Positions 38,961 to 48,586 of a stretch of DNA of 61,608 nt are shown here, piece after piece. The notes beneath the pieces were generated by a model that worked only from the letters and a program-made list of their open reading frames with translations, did no database searches and had not been told where the DNA came from. Each line of letters begins with the position of its first letter. Within the stretch, counting starts at the first letter, position 1. This stretch comes from an uncultured Methanosarcinales archaeon (GTDB lineage: Archaea > Nanobdellota > Nanobdellia > Woesearchaeales > BS150m-G63). The stretch is taken from NCBI GenBank assembly GCA_964630685.1, contig CAZVVW010000001.1, forward strand, positions 94,236 to 155,843, given 5' to 3'. The position numbers were made by a program, and so were the translations under genes.

Positions 38961-39649
38961 ATCTCTGCCTCTTTGATTAATAAAATCCCTGCGTTTTTTT
39001 CATATTCTATTTCAGATTCTTTTATTTTGATTTTTTTCTTAAACATTGGCCCATCTATTACAAAAGTTTCCAGTTCTCCTCCTTCGCCAGCAGGATTAAT
39101 TTTGTATTTTTTGTTTAGTGATACTAGTTTTTTTATCATATCTGAATCAATAGTTTTTCCCAAGTAAGAATCATCTAAAGGGTAACCGAATACACCCACA
39201 ATAACTGTTTCAAATTTGTTTTCTTCTAATTCTTTTAGAAGTTCTACTTGGTCCATCTGCCAAAGAGGGTTAAAACACCAAAGATTTAGCTCTGAACAGA
39301 TTTTTTGTACTCTTTCTGCTTGATAGACAGATGCTAAAGCACCTGTTACAACACCTTGTATATTGTATTTTTCGATTGCTGTTTTTATGAGAATTTTAAG
39401 ATCTTTTAGTTCTATCTCTTTTTCTCCTTCTGTGATTTTTGTGATTAATGGAAGATCTATTGCTTTTGCTTGAAGTTTTGTTAGTTCAATGTTTGGGGTG
39501 TGAAACATATAGCTTTCTGGATTTTTTGATAGCACTGAAAGTAGACAAGCTATTTCATGCTCTTTGCTCGCTTTGTACATTGCATAGCAGGAGTCTTTTC
39601 CACCTGAAAATAATACACTTAATCTCATTCGTGATTCTATTGGTTTCAT
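38957..39649 (-). CDS. Diphthine-ammonia ligase (Dph6)
   Basis: FSGGKDS, SYMFH and GEGGELET motifs. Confidence 0.92.
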   Translation of the reverse strand: MKPIESRMRLSVLFSGGKDSCYAMYKASKEHEIACLLSVLSKNPESYMFHTPNIELTKLQAKAIDLPLITKITEGEKEIELKDLKILIKTAIEKYNIQGVVTGALASVYQAERVQKICSELNLWCFNPLWQMDQVELLKELEENKFETVIVGVFGYPLDDSYLGKTIDSDMIKKLVSLNKKYKINPAGEGGELETFVIDGPMFKKKIKIKESEIEYEKNAGILLIKEAEI

Positions 39650-39747
39650 AATGTGAACCTTGTAAGTATTATTTGCTTTTTTCTTTAGTACTTATAAAAT
39701 TTATGTAGAAAACTATTTAAAGAATTCACTTTAAAGATTATAAAATA

Positions 39748-40590
39748 ATGTATAATTCAGAGAAATATAGAAGTTTGGATATCTATTTGAAAGAATTATC
39801 TAGTTCAAAATATGATCCATTGGACCCTTATGAAGAAATAGAATTAATACAAGAATATCGTGCTGGAAGCAAGAAAGCATTTGATAAATTAGTTACATCT
39901 AATCTGAAATTTGTGATTAGTGTTGCGAAAAAATCCAAAAGCAATCTTAATTTAGAAGATAAAATAGGTTTTGGAACTATGGGGTTAATGAGGGCTATTG
40001 AAAAATTTGATGAAACTAAGGGTTTTAAATTAATTTCTTATGCAGTTCATTGGATTAACCGATCGATTAATCAGGCTAATATAAATTATTCACGAATGGT
40101 TAGGATTCCTTCAAATGTGATTATTAATTTTGGGAAAATCAATAATTTTAAAGAAATATATCAACAAGAAAATGATGGTGCAAATCCTTCTGATGAAGTT
40201 CTTGAAAGAGAATTTAAAAATAAGGATAGTTTTTTGAAATCCACAAAAAAAGTTAAAAGAGAGTTATCTTTGGATAGTTCTTTTGATAAGGAATCTGATT
40301 ATGGTCTTTATAATGTTTTGATAGATGAAACGTTTAATGCTCCTGATTATGATGTTCTTAATAAGGATTTGAAAAAAGAGATATATCATATTATGGATAA
40401 AAGGTTAGATGATAGAGAAAAATTTATAGTTACAAGATTTATGGGTTTGGAAGGAGATTTTCCTTTGACTTTGAATAATTTAAGTGAGAGATTAGGTATT
40501 GGTAAGGAAAGAGTAAGACAAATTAAAGATAAAGCTATAAGGAAATTGATGAGAAGTCAAGACTTAAATTATTTAAGAAGTTATTTATGA
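39748..40590 (+). CDS. Bacterial-type sigma-70 factor (RpoD/RpoS-like, regions 1.2-4)
   Basis: NLKFVISVAKK; GLMRAIEKFDETKGFKLISYAVHWI; VRIP; SLD; TLNNLSERLGIGKERVRQI. Confidence 0.92.
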   Translation: MYNSEKYRSLDIYLKELSSSKYDPLDPYEEIELIQEYRAGSKKAFDKLVTSNLKFVISVAKKSKSNLNLEDKIGFGTMGLMRAIEKFDETKGFKLISYAVHWINRSINQANINYSRMVRIPSNVIINFGKINNFKEIYQQENDGANPSDEVLEREFKNKDSFLKSTKKVKRELSLDSSFDKESDYGLYNVLIDETFNAPDYDVLNKDLKKEIYHIMDKRLDDREKFIVTRFMGLEGDFPLTLNNLSERLGIGKERVRQIKDKAIRKLMRSQDLNYLRSYL

Positions 40591-40635
40591 ACCCTTACCC
40601 AAATGTTTATAAATTAATGATTTATAGGTGCTAAA

Positions 40636-40959
40636 ATGGAAGATTTAGTTGATATATTTAAGAGAAATGATTGTGGGAGAATATCCATCTTTGAAGAGAT
40701 AGAAGCAGAAGAAAAAAACAAACGTATTGCTCCAAAACACATCTCAAATACTGATTTTCTTGATGAAATGCTAGATTATAATGAAGATAATTTAAGCAAT
40801 GATCCTTTTATAGAAAGTTACAACATTGTTCATGGCGAAGATGAATATTTAGATAATATTTATGAAAGACTCAATGGAAGAACAATAGAAGAATCTTCTT
40901 CTGCACATACAAAATATTGTGACCATGTCCGTTGCGGATATATTGGCCATAGAGATTAA
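40636..40959 (+). CDS. Acidic hypothetical protein
   Basis: AGGTG RBS; D/E-rich; C-terminal H/C cluster (HTKYCDHVRCGYIGH). Confidence 0.6.
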   Translation: MEDLVDIFKRNDCGRISIFEEIEAEEKNKRIAPKHISNTDFLDEMLDYNEDNLSNDPFIESYNIVHGEDEYLDNIYERLNGRTIEESSSAHTKYCDHVRCGYIGHRD

Positions 40960-40963
40960 ATTT

Positions 40964-41575
40964 TTATTCTCCCTTTCCTTTATATCTTCCTCTAGATTCT
41001 ACTTTTTCGAATCTTAGGAGGATTTCTTTGTAATCTTGTGCTTTTTTGTAGCCAATTAGAATTGATTTAAAACCATCTTCCCATATTCTGTGATGTTTGC
41101 TTTCTAAAGCCTGTCTTAATAAGTGCAGGTCAACTGCTTTATCTTCTAATCTTTTTGAAAAAAAGCTCAATCCAAAGTCAATAAAATATAATTTATCTGG
41201 AGACCCATCTGTCAAAAGCATGTTTGATGTAGTGAGATCACCATGAATTATGTCATTGTTATGCAATAGGGCGATTTTTTCTCCGATTTCTTTGCATAAT
41301 TTTTTATGATCTTTTTTTTCTAAAACATCTCTTAATCTTGGTGCATTGATATAACTCATCACTATCTTCATCTCTTTATCGTCTATTTCTATTAGTTTTG
41401 GTGCTGGAAAACCTATTTCCTGTAATTTTTTTAGTATTTTAGATTCTCTTCTTGTTCTGAATTTTCTTAGTTTTACATCTATGTCTTTATGTCTGTAGGA
41501 TTTTTCAATTCTGTGCTTTATTACATCTTTATCTAAGTAAATGATTGCTTCTGCACCATCGCCTATTTGTTTCAT
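40964..41575 (-). CDS. bud32: KEOPS kinase Bud32
   Basis: GAEA, KSYRH, RTRRE, HGDLTTSN, IDFGL, AVDL and RGRY motifs. Confidence 0.93.
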   Translation of the reverse strand: MKQIGDGAEAIIYLDKDVIKHRIEKSYRHKDIDVKLRKFRTRRESKILKKLQEIGFPAPKLIEIDDKEMKIVMSYINAPRLRDVLEKKDHKKLCKEIGEKIALLHNNDIIHGDLTTSNMLLTDGSPDKLYFIDFGLSFFSKRLEDKAVDLHLLRQALESKHHRIWEDGFKSILIGYKKAQDYKEILLRFEKVESRGRYKGKGE

Positions 41576-41611
41576 AAGGAATAAGGTTTTGATATTGGTA
41601 TTTAAAAGTTA

Positions 41612-42012
41612 TTATAATCTCCTTTCTAAATACACAACATCCTCGCCCTTATAATATTCTTTAAATCCATATTTATTCAACAAATATAATGCGTGGTTGT
41701 TCTTTTCTCCAGTCTTAACAAACCATCTATCATAATTAGTTTGTTCTTCAAGCAGATTAAACATTTTAGAACCCATACCATTTCCTGGTTTTTTCATTGC
41801 CCCTAACCATAAGTACAAATCCCCACACACTTCATAAGACACTATTAATCCTTGTACTTTTTCTTTATCTAAAGCAACTTGGATATAATGTTTGTTTGTG
41901 CTTAATCTTTCGATTATTTCTTCTTGAGTTATGTCTGCTTTTTTTGGGATACTAACTTTAATCAAATCAAATTTGCTATCACATCTTCTAAGGTTCCTTT
42001 TATAATCTCCAT
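41612..42012 (-). pseudogene. GNAT acetyltransferase, frameshifted
   Basis: Start ATG at 42012 (MEIIKGTLEDV). A 5-bp duplication ATCAA-ATCAA at 41961-41970 breaks the frame. GNAT motifs GNGMG and KYGF. Confidence 0.7.
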
Positions 42013-42999
42013 TTTGTCACCCTATAAGCTAGTTTAGCTAATTCTGTATAAGATCCAACTGCAACTCTAACATACTCTTAATTTTCAATTCCCTTAATTT
42101 TGTCTAAATCCACTATTTTTACATTCAAGTGATTCATCAATTCTTTTAATGGATAATTACTATTTCTGGCCATCAAGAAATTAGTTTGACTATCGACTAT
42201 CTCATCAGCACAATAACTAATAATATTTTTAAGAATATTTCTTCTATAAATAATGTCTTTTCTTACTGTTTCTTTGTTATTGGCATTGAGTTTTGTCTTG
42301 GCTAACAAGATAGCATTTCTACTAGGTTCTGGTGTATCTAATTGGTCTAGGATTTCCCTAGAAGCAACTATATACCCTATTTTATCCTTAGTCATCCCAT
42401 AAAATTTAGACAAAGTCTTAATCACAACTAAATATGAATTATCATTTACTAAATGTGCAATAGAATGCTTTTCTCTAATTAATTCAATGTATGCTTCATC
42501 AACTATCAATAGTTGTTGATTTTTTTTAGTGTATTCAATCAAACCACTAAGTTCATTATGCGTTCCTGTTGGATTATTTGGATTAGATAACAAAATAGCA
42601 TCTAAATTACTGTTAATAGCTGGAATACTATAATCTTTATTTCTTGGAATAATTTCATATTCCTTGCACATCCCAATATACTCGAAATAATCTGGAACTA
42701 ATAACCCTACTTTTCCTTTAACTATTTTATTGAGAACTTCTTTAAGCAGAGTAAGTGAACTATTGCTAACTTTAATGTTGCTTTCTACTGTGCTACATTG
42801 CCGACTTATAATGTCTTCTAAACTGCTTGAAGATTGTTTTCCTTTGGTACATAATTCAACATTGGTTTTGATTGTATCTAAGTCTATTTCGCTTAAACGG
42901 GCACTGCGGATAATGAATTTGTAATCTTGGGATTACTGATAACCCATTGCCCGCTAAGGATCCATAATGATTTATTTTTTCTATATTTGTGATTTCCAT
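42000..42999 (-). pseudogene. PLP aminotransferase class I/II (HisC/CobD-like), disrupted
   Basis: SNPNNPTG, VDEAY and TLSKFYG motifs. Premature TAA at 42078-42080 precedes the conserved YVRVAVG. The ATG at 42999 (GGAGGT RBS) is out of frame with the body. Confidence 0.75.
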
Positions 43000-43293
43000 T
43001 GTTTTATACCTCCAATTGGTTGATTTTTGAATTATAAATAAAAAAATTAGTTTGATGCATTATTATTGTAAGTCAATTTTCATCCTTTAATATTCAAGAA
43101 GTTTAGCTTCAAAAAATTATAAAGAGTTATTATGACTCTAACAATATTAATAGAAAGGGCTAAAGCTAAAAGAAAGTGTTTTTCTTTTTCCTATAACTTT
43201 AGTATTTACCATATTCTATTCAAAAACAGAGATTTGTATAAAAAGCTTTCGATTAATTGTCCGGAAGATTTTCGAATTTTAATGGACATTATT

Positions 43294-44254
43294 TTAGAAT
43301 AAACTCATCAATTTTCCAATATAGAAAATATAAAACAATAAAAGTAACCACCCTTCCCATCTTGTTATTTCTTTATTTTGAGTCATAAAGAAATATAAAA
43401 ATGTTGCAATTAAAACCATTGGAATTCCAAACGTAATCATTATTGGAGGTATGATTAAAGGACTAATTAAGGCTGAAATCCCCATAACTGCAAAAGAATT
43501 AAAGATACATGAGCCTAATACATTTCCAACTGCAATTTCTGCTTTTCCTTTTCTTGCGACATTTACACTTACAACAAATTCAGGTAAAGATGTTCCCAAA
43601 GCTATTGCTCCTGCTGCGATTATTTCTTTTCCAATATTTAGAATTGTTGATAATGCTATAACTGATTCAATTGTATATCTTGCACCCACATAAATAAACA
43701 ATGAACTTATGGTTAATGTGATTAATGTCGTCCAATTGAATTTTTTTGTTTTTAATGTTGTTCTCATTTCTTTTTCTGCCATTAAATCTGGGTGTTTTTT
43801 TTTCGGTTTTTACAGTATAAGTCAAATAAATTATAATACCTAGGATACACAACAACGCTTCAGGTAATGTAAATATTCCATCATAAATGGTTATTGCCAA
43901 TAAAAATGTAGAACCAATTAACATTGGAAGATCTACTCTTATAATCTCAAAACCAATCTTTAATCTTTTTCCAACTATTGCAGATACACCTAAAACAAGA
44001 AAAATATTAGTAATATTAGAACCAATTACATCACTTACAACTATCTCCGAAGCATTATTTAAAACAGCAAAAATAGAAGTAATTAATTCTGGAAGCGATG
44101 TTCCAATAGATACGATTGTTACACCAATTAAGAATGCTGGAAGCCCAAAAAATATACCTATTTTTTCAGCAGAATCTGTAAAGTAATCTGATGCTTTAAT
44201 TAACACAAACATACTTATTATAAAAATTATTATCCAAGTGAATAATCCAAACAT
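43294..44254 (-). pseudogene. Ca2+/Na+ antiporter (CaCA, YrbG-like) frameshifted at an A9 tract
   Basis: The two GTSLPE alpha-repeats lie in separate frames. Removing one T from 43795-43803 fuses them (EKKHPDLMAEK). Confidence 0.8.
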
Positions 44255-44300
44255 AATTAATTAATTTATAATGTTGTTTAAATACTTTTGTTTTTATTTT

Positions 44301-44331
44301 TGTGTGTGTGTTTGTGTGTGTGTTTGTGTGT
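44301..44331. repeat. TG dinucleotide microsatellite
   Basis: TGTGTGTGTGTTTGTGTGTGTGTTTGTGTGT in a divergent intergenic region. Confidence 0.7.
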
Positions 44332-44351
44332 ATATATCCTTAATAATTTCT

Positions 44352-44373
44352 TTGTTGTATCATTTACTACAGC
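44352..44373 (+). promoter_or_regulatory. Cluster operator copy 1 (TTGTTGTA-N8-TACAGC)
   Basis: The same motif recurs at 46835 and 47327, each upstream of a TATA-like element. Confidence 0.65.
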
Positions 44374-44422
44374 ACATCTTTATTAATTCTTTAGGCTTTG
44401 AGAAATATAACAAAATAAAAAT

Positions 44423-44899
44423 TTGGAGATAAAATTGGATAATAAAGAACTGCAATTCCTTTCGCATTTAAGGGAAAATGCCCGTGTAAGTTTAACTAAA
44501 ATAGCCAAACAGACAGGGGTGCCAATAAGCACTTTATTTGATAGGTTGAAAAGGTATGAGAAAGGATTTATCTTAAAACACACTGCATTGCTAGATTTTA
44601 ATAAATTAGGATTTGGTGTTATGGTAAAAAGTTTATTGAAAGTACCAAAAAATGAAAAAGAAAAAATCGTAGAATATTTACAAAATAATCCTCATGTGAA
44701 TGCTATATCAACTGTAACTAATGGATATAGTTTATTGATTGAAACAATATTTGGTGATTTGAAAGGAATGGAAGAATTTACAGAACAACTTGAAAGATTT
44801 AAAATTGAAAAAAAAGAGGACTTTTTTGTTATTGAAGATATCAAAAGAGAAGGTTTTCTTAGTCAACCAGAACTTATAGGTTTGGTTAAGGGGGTTTAA
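44423..44899 (+). CDS. Lrp/AsnC family regulator
   Basis: LRENARVSLTKIAKQTGVPISTLFDRLKR; LDFNKLG; TNGYSL. Confidence 0.9.
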   Translation: MEIKLDNKELQFLSHLRENARVSLTKIAKQTGVPISTLFDRLKRYEKGFILKHTALLDFNKLGFGVMVKSLLKVPKNEKEKIVEYLQNNPHVNAISTVTNGYSLLIETIFGDLKGMEEFTEQLERFKIEKKEDFFVIEDIKREGFLSQPELIGLVKGV

Positions 44900-44903
44900 T
44901 AAG

Positions 44904-45407
44904 ATGGAAGAAAAAGAAATAAAAAATATTAATGGAGCGGTTGAAAAACCACAGAAGAAATATTCAAATAAAGCAGGAATTTGGAAAACAGTGATTGCTG
45001 GAACACTTATTGCATCTGCGCTTTATGTTGGGGATAAAACCGATATTTCTGATAAAATTTCTGGAAGTTATAATTCTGCTAAAGAATCAACTATTGACGC
45101 ATTTACTACAGATGTTGGAGAATCATCACAAGAATTAATCTATAAAATTATTGAAGAAGAAGACATTTCTAAATATTCAAAAGATCTTGCAAAAGTAATG
45201 TATGCTGCTTCAGATGCTATTCCTGATAGTGTTGCTAAAATTGTGATAAATCAAAGGGTGGGTGAAATGGATTCGAAATCTCAATTAGATATTTTGAAAA
45301 ATACTACTGAATCATTTCTTGAAAAAAATAAAAATGGATTAGAAATATTGATGAAAGAATTTTATAGAGATATAAAAGATAAAATCTATGAAATGAGAGG
45401 TAAATAA
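44904..45407 (+). CDS. Hypothetical single-TM protein
   Basis: TM segment WKTVIAGTLIASALYV, then a helical domain. Confidence 0.7.
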   Translation: MEEKEIKNINGAVEKPQKKYSNKAGIWKTVIAGTLIASALYVGDKTDISDKISGSYNSAKESTIDAFTTDVGESSQELIYKIIEEEDISKYSKDLAKVMYAASDAIPDSVAKIVINQRVGEMDSKSQLDILKNTTESFLEKNKNGLEILMKEFYRDIKDKIYEMRGK

Positions 45408-45408
45408 A

Positions 45409-45642
45409 ATGAGTTTAGAAAAATTAACAAAAGGTGCAGTTAAGAAGGTTAAAGATGTGACTATAGGATATCAAGCAAGTAGATATAATCTAGAAAAAAA
45501 TAAAACGCGAGCTTTGTATGGTGCTGTAGCACTTGGTGCATTATACCTCATTCCTGGAGATCAGCCACTATTAAGCACAATTGCAGTGGGTTACACTGTT
45601 TTGAAAGGATATCATTCAATAAGAGATTGGGCAGGAAAATAA
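45409..45642 (+). CDS. Small membrane protein
   Basis: Hydrophobic hairpin around IPG; 1-bp spacing to neighbours. Confidence 0.7.
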   Translation: MSLEKLTKGAVKKVKDVTIGYQASRYNLEKNKTRALYGAVALGALYLIPGDQPLLSTIAVGYTVLKGYHSIRDWAGK

Positions 45643-45643
45643 A

Positions 45644-46303
45644 ATGGGAAAAAAATATGGATCAGGAAGACTTGGTGGATTATGGAGTGGTGCATTAGCT
45701 TTAAAGGGATCAGTTGCTATTGGATTACTTGGAGCTTTTTTAGCATATACAAATATTAGTACAATAAAAGAAGCAGAATATAATTTATTAGATAAAAATC
45801 AAAAGGTAGAATCAGGATATTTTCAAGACCCACCAGGATTAGAAACAATATGGAATTCAAATGAGGCAGGAAATGTTGAAACCTTTTTACAATATAAAAA
45901 AGGAAAAAATTTAGTAACTAAAGTTGAAATTATGGAAGATATGCTTCCTAAAAATGAAACTATGGTTGAAGGGTTAAAAGAAAGATATCAAGAAGGAAAT
46001 GTTGAGGGTAATTTTAGTGATGATTGTTTTGGATTGTTCAAATCTGCATGTTTATCTGAATATACTGGACTTGATTCAGTAGTTAATAACCTGACTTTTA
46101 GTGTAACAACTAATGGGATTGGAAAAAATGAATTGTATTTTAATTACAATAATGGGGAGAAGGTTTATAGTAAAAAAGTTGGTGTTGAACTTTTCAAAGA
46201 TTACAACCAAAAGGAAGGATTAGTTACTGAACCAAAAGAAGATCAAAAAACATCAATTATTGAGATGTTTAATTTTTTAGATGGCTTATATGGGGAAAAA
46301 TAA
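45644..46303 (+). CDS. Hypothetical membrane-anchored protein
   Basis: Gly-rich N-terminal TM; possible internal repeat (NEAGNVETFLQY versus NGIGKNELYFNY). Confidence 0.7.
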   Translation: MGKKYGSGRLGGLWSGALALKGSVAIGLLGAFLAYTNISTIKEAEYNLLDKNQKVESGYFQDPPGLETIWNSNEAGNVETFLQYKKGKNLVTKVEIMEDMLPKNETMVEGLKERYQEGNVEGNFSDDCFGLFKSACLSEYTGLDSVVNNLTFSVTTNGIGKNELYFNYNNGEKVYSKKVGVELFKDYNQKEGLVTEPKEDQKTSIIEMFNFLDGLYGEK

Positions 46304-46306
46304 AAA

Positions 46307-46831
46307 ATGACTAAACTAACGCCTGAAAAAGAAAAGGGAACAAGGTTTGAGATTTTCTTAGAGCAGATTTTAAAACAAAGCGGTTATCAAAATGTTTTGA
46401 GAAATGTTGAATACCGTAAAGAAAGATATGTATTCAGACAAGCAGATGTTAGTTATAATTTAATTAAAGATGGGCAACTGAAATTAGTTGTTGTTGAAGC
46501 AAAATATTCTTCTAATTTTGATATAAGTTATGAATTAAGGGGTGGAGAAAAGGAAAAGAATGGCCAAGTAATTGAAAAAATTAACAATGTTGTTGATGAA
46601 ACTTATGAAAGATGTAAATTTATTGGAGCTGATATTTCTGTATTGGTTACAAATAAAAGTTTTGATGATCAGATTATAAGTGCAGCAAGTGAAAGAAATA
46701 TCAAACTTCTTGATGGGGAAGATTTATTGAATATTTACAATAAATTAGGTAAAAAAGGTACGATTGATACTGCAATAGATAATATTAATTTAGAAAAATA
46801 TAATCTGAATAAAAATATGATTTACATATAA
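46307..46831 (+). CDS. Mrr-like PD-(D/E)xK endonuclease
   Basis: KGTRFE...GY, QADV, VVEAK, VLVTN..F and IKLLDG motifs. Confidence 0.8.
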   Translation: MTKLTPEKEKGTRFEIFLEQILKQSGYQNVLRNVEYRKERYVFRQADVSYNLIKDGQLKLVVVEAKYSSNFDISYELRGGEKEKNGQVIEKINNVVDETYERCKFIGADISVLVTNKSFDDQIISAASERNIKLLDGEDLLNIYNKLGKKGTIDTAIDNINLEKYNLNKNMIYI

Positions 46832-46834
46832 TGC

Positions 46835-46872
46835 TTGTTGTATTAAACACTACAGCTCAAGTTTATATAAAA
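46835..46872 (+). promoter_or_regulatory. Cluster operator copy 2 + TATA
   Basis: TTGTTGTATTAAACACTACAGCTCAAGTTTATATAAAA. Confidence 0.7.
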
Positions 46873-46990
46873 GATTATATTATTATAATATAGGATTTCC
46901 GTAAGGAATATCTTACTAATTAACTAAAAACAAAATTAATTGATGTAGCTTTAGCTATATCATGGATGTATTCATCCAGAGGATTCGTAA

Positions 46991-47326
46991 ATGGGAGCAA
47001 TAAAAACATTGGCATATACTGCCTTACTTGCTGGAGGAATTGCTGGAGGTTATCATTTTGGAGCTAACAGTTGTTCTGCAGATCAGGAATATAACATAAA
47101 TAGAGAAAACAAAATAGTAAGTTTAGAGTCAAAGACACTAGGAACATCATACGAACTAAAACAGATTGGTGGAGATTTCTACTTAGGAGATTCAAATCAT
47201 AATCTGAAAGGAGTTCAAGCATTATCTATGTATGAAACAGAAAAGAAAGTTGAATCAAAGATAAATGGTTTAGAAAGTAAATTAGATTCTTTAGAAACTA
47301 AACTTAATTTTCAAAAAGGAGATTGA
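46991..47326 (+). CDS. Small exported/membrane protein with C-terminal coiled coil
   Basis: N-terminal hydrophobic segment; heptads VESKINGLESKLDSLETKL. Confidence 0.7.
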   Translation: MGAIKTLAYTALLAGGIAGGYHFGANSCSADQEYNINRENKIVSLESKTLGTSYELKQIGGDFYLGDSNHNLKGVQALSMYETEKKVESKINGLESKLDSLETKLNFQKGD

Positions 47327-47364
47327 TTGTTGTATAAGACACTACAGCTCAAGTTTATATAAAA
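47327..47364 (+). promoter_or_regulatory. Cluster operator copy 3 + TATA
   Basis: TTGTTGTATAAGACACTACAGCTCAAGTTTATATAAAA; 36/38 identical to copy 2. Confidence 0.7.
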
Positions 47365-47424
47365 AGTAAGCTTAAGCTGTGATATAAATGAATGGGAGGT
47401 ATTTGCTCCCTGGAGGCAATAAAA

Positions 47425-48540
47425 ATGGGAGAATTTGATTTTGATGAAGAAAATGGGGGAAATTTTGATACTATAAATCAAGATATAGATCTAGAAAAAA
47501 CAATCTCTGAAACAGAAGTGGATGAAAGGGCAAGAAAAGTAGCGAGACTTGAAAATATGAAAAGAGAGCGGATGGAGTCCTTAAAAAAAGTAGATGATAC
47601 TGTAAAAAGATATTCTGGAGAACGTGTTTCGGTTACTCAAATATGGAATAACGCACTTGAAGATGTAGTTAAAAGTTATGGAATTGGACAAAATGTAAAT
47701 GGATTAAGAAAAAAAGTATACGACACCCTTAGAAAAGTTGGAATAGATATGTATAAAAGAGATGCAAATAAATTTTTAGATTCTGCTCAAGGAAGGGCAG
47801 AAAAATTAGAAGACACTCTTGAATATTTGAATAAAAGATTAAACAATGATGTTGGAAAACAAAAAGGAATTAAGATAAGATTAGAAGAAGATACTGAAAC
47901 TGCTACTGCAATAGCTGACGCAATTGTTCAATCAAAAACCATAAAAGAAGAATATCAAATAGAGATTAAAAACAAAGAGAAAGAAGTTAGGCAGTTATAC
48001 CAAGATGCTAGAGATAATTCTGATATGGACTATAGGGATGACATTGCTTATGTAAAAGATGAAGTTAAAAAATTAAAAAAAGAGTCTACTGGAGTAGATA
48101 CTGATCTTAGAAACTTAAGCACTAAAATGAAAAAGTTTTATGTTAGGGTTAAGGCAGAAAAAGCTATTATGGCTGGTATTGATATTGTGTATAATGGTGG
48201 ACAAGAAACCTTATCTGATTTACAAGCAGAAATAGATATTAGTAGAGAATTCATTAATAATGGAAGTCTTGTTGATGATGGATTAGGAAGAGCAATCCAA
48301 GATATTGGAGATATAACTCAAATATACACTCCTGCACTAGCTGGTATGGGTGAAACACTTGGTGGCGCTTTAGTAGAATCTATTAACAAAGTTAATGGGG
48401 ATATGGAAGCTTACAAAAGTCAAGTGAAAGATAAAAAATACTTGAAAGAGTTAGAAATCCAAACTAACGAAAACAAACAGGCACTTAATTCCAGTATGGA
48501 TGAAATGATATCTGAGTTTACTACAATGCCTTACAAATAA
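47425..48540 (+). CDS. Long alpha-helical coiled-coil protein
   Basis: GGAGG before ATG 47425; extended heptad repeats; no catalytic motifs. Confidence 0.75.
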   Translation: MGEFDFDEENGGNFDTINQDIDLEKTISETEVDERARKVARLENMKRERMESLKKVDDTVKRYSGERVSVTQIWNNALEDVVKSYGIGQNVNGLRKKVYDTLRKVGIDMYKRDANKFLDSAQGRAEKLEDTLEYLNKRLNNDVGKQKGIKIRLEEDTETATAIADAIVQSKTIKEEYQIEIKNKEKEVRQLYQDARDNSDMDYRDDIAYVKDEVKKLKKESTGVDTDLRNLSTKMKKFYVRVKAEKAIMAGIDIVYNGGQETLSDLQAEIDISREFINNGSLVDDGLGRAIQDIGDITQIYTPALAGMGETLGGALVESINKVNGDMEAYKSQVKDKKYLKELEIQTNENKQALNSSMDEMISEFTTMPYK

Positions 48541-48586
48541 TTTTTTTCTTTTATTTTTTATTTTTTTGTAGAGAACAAAAAGCAAA

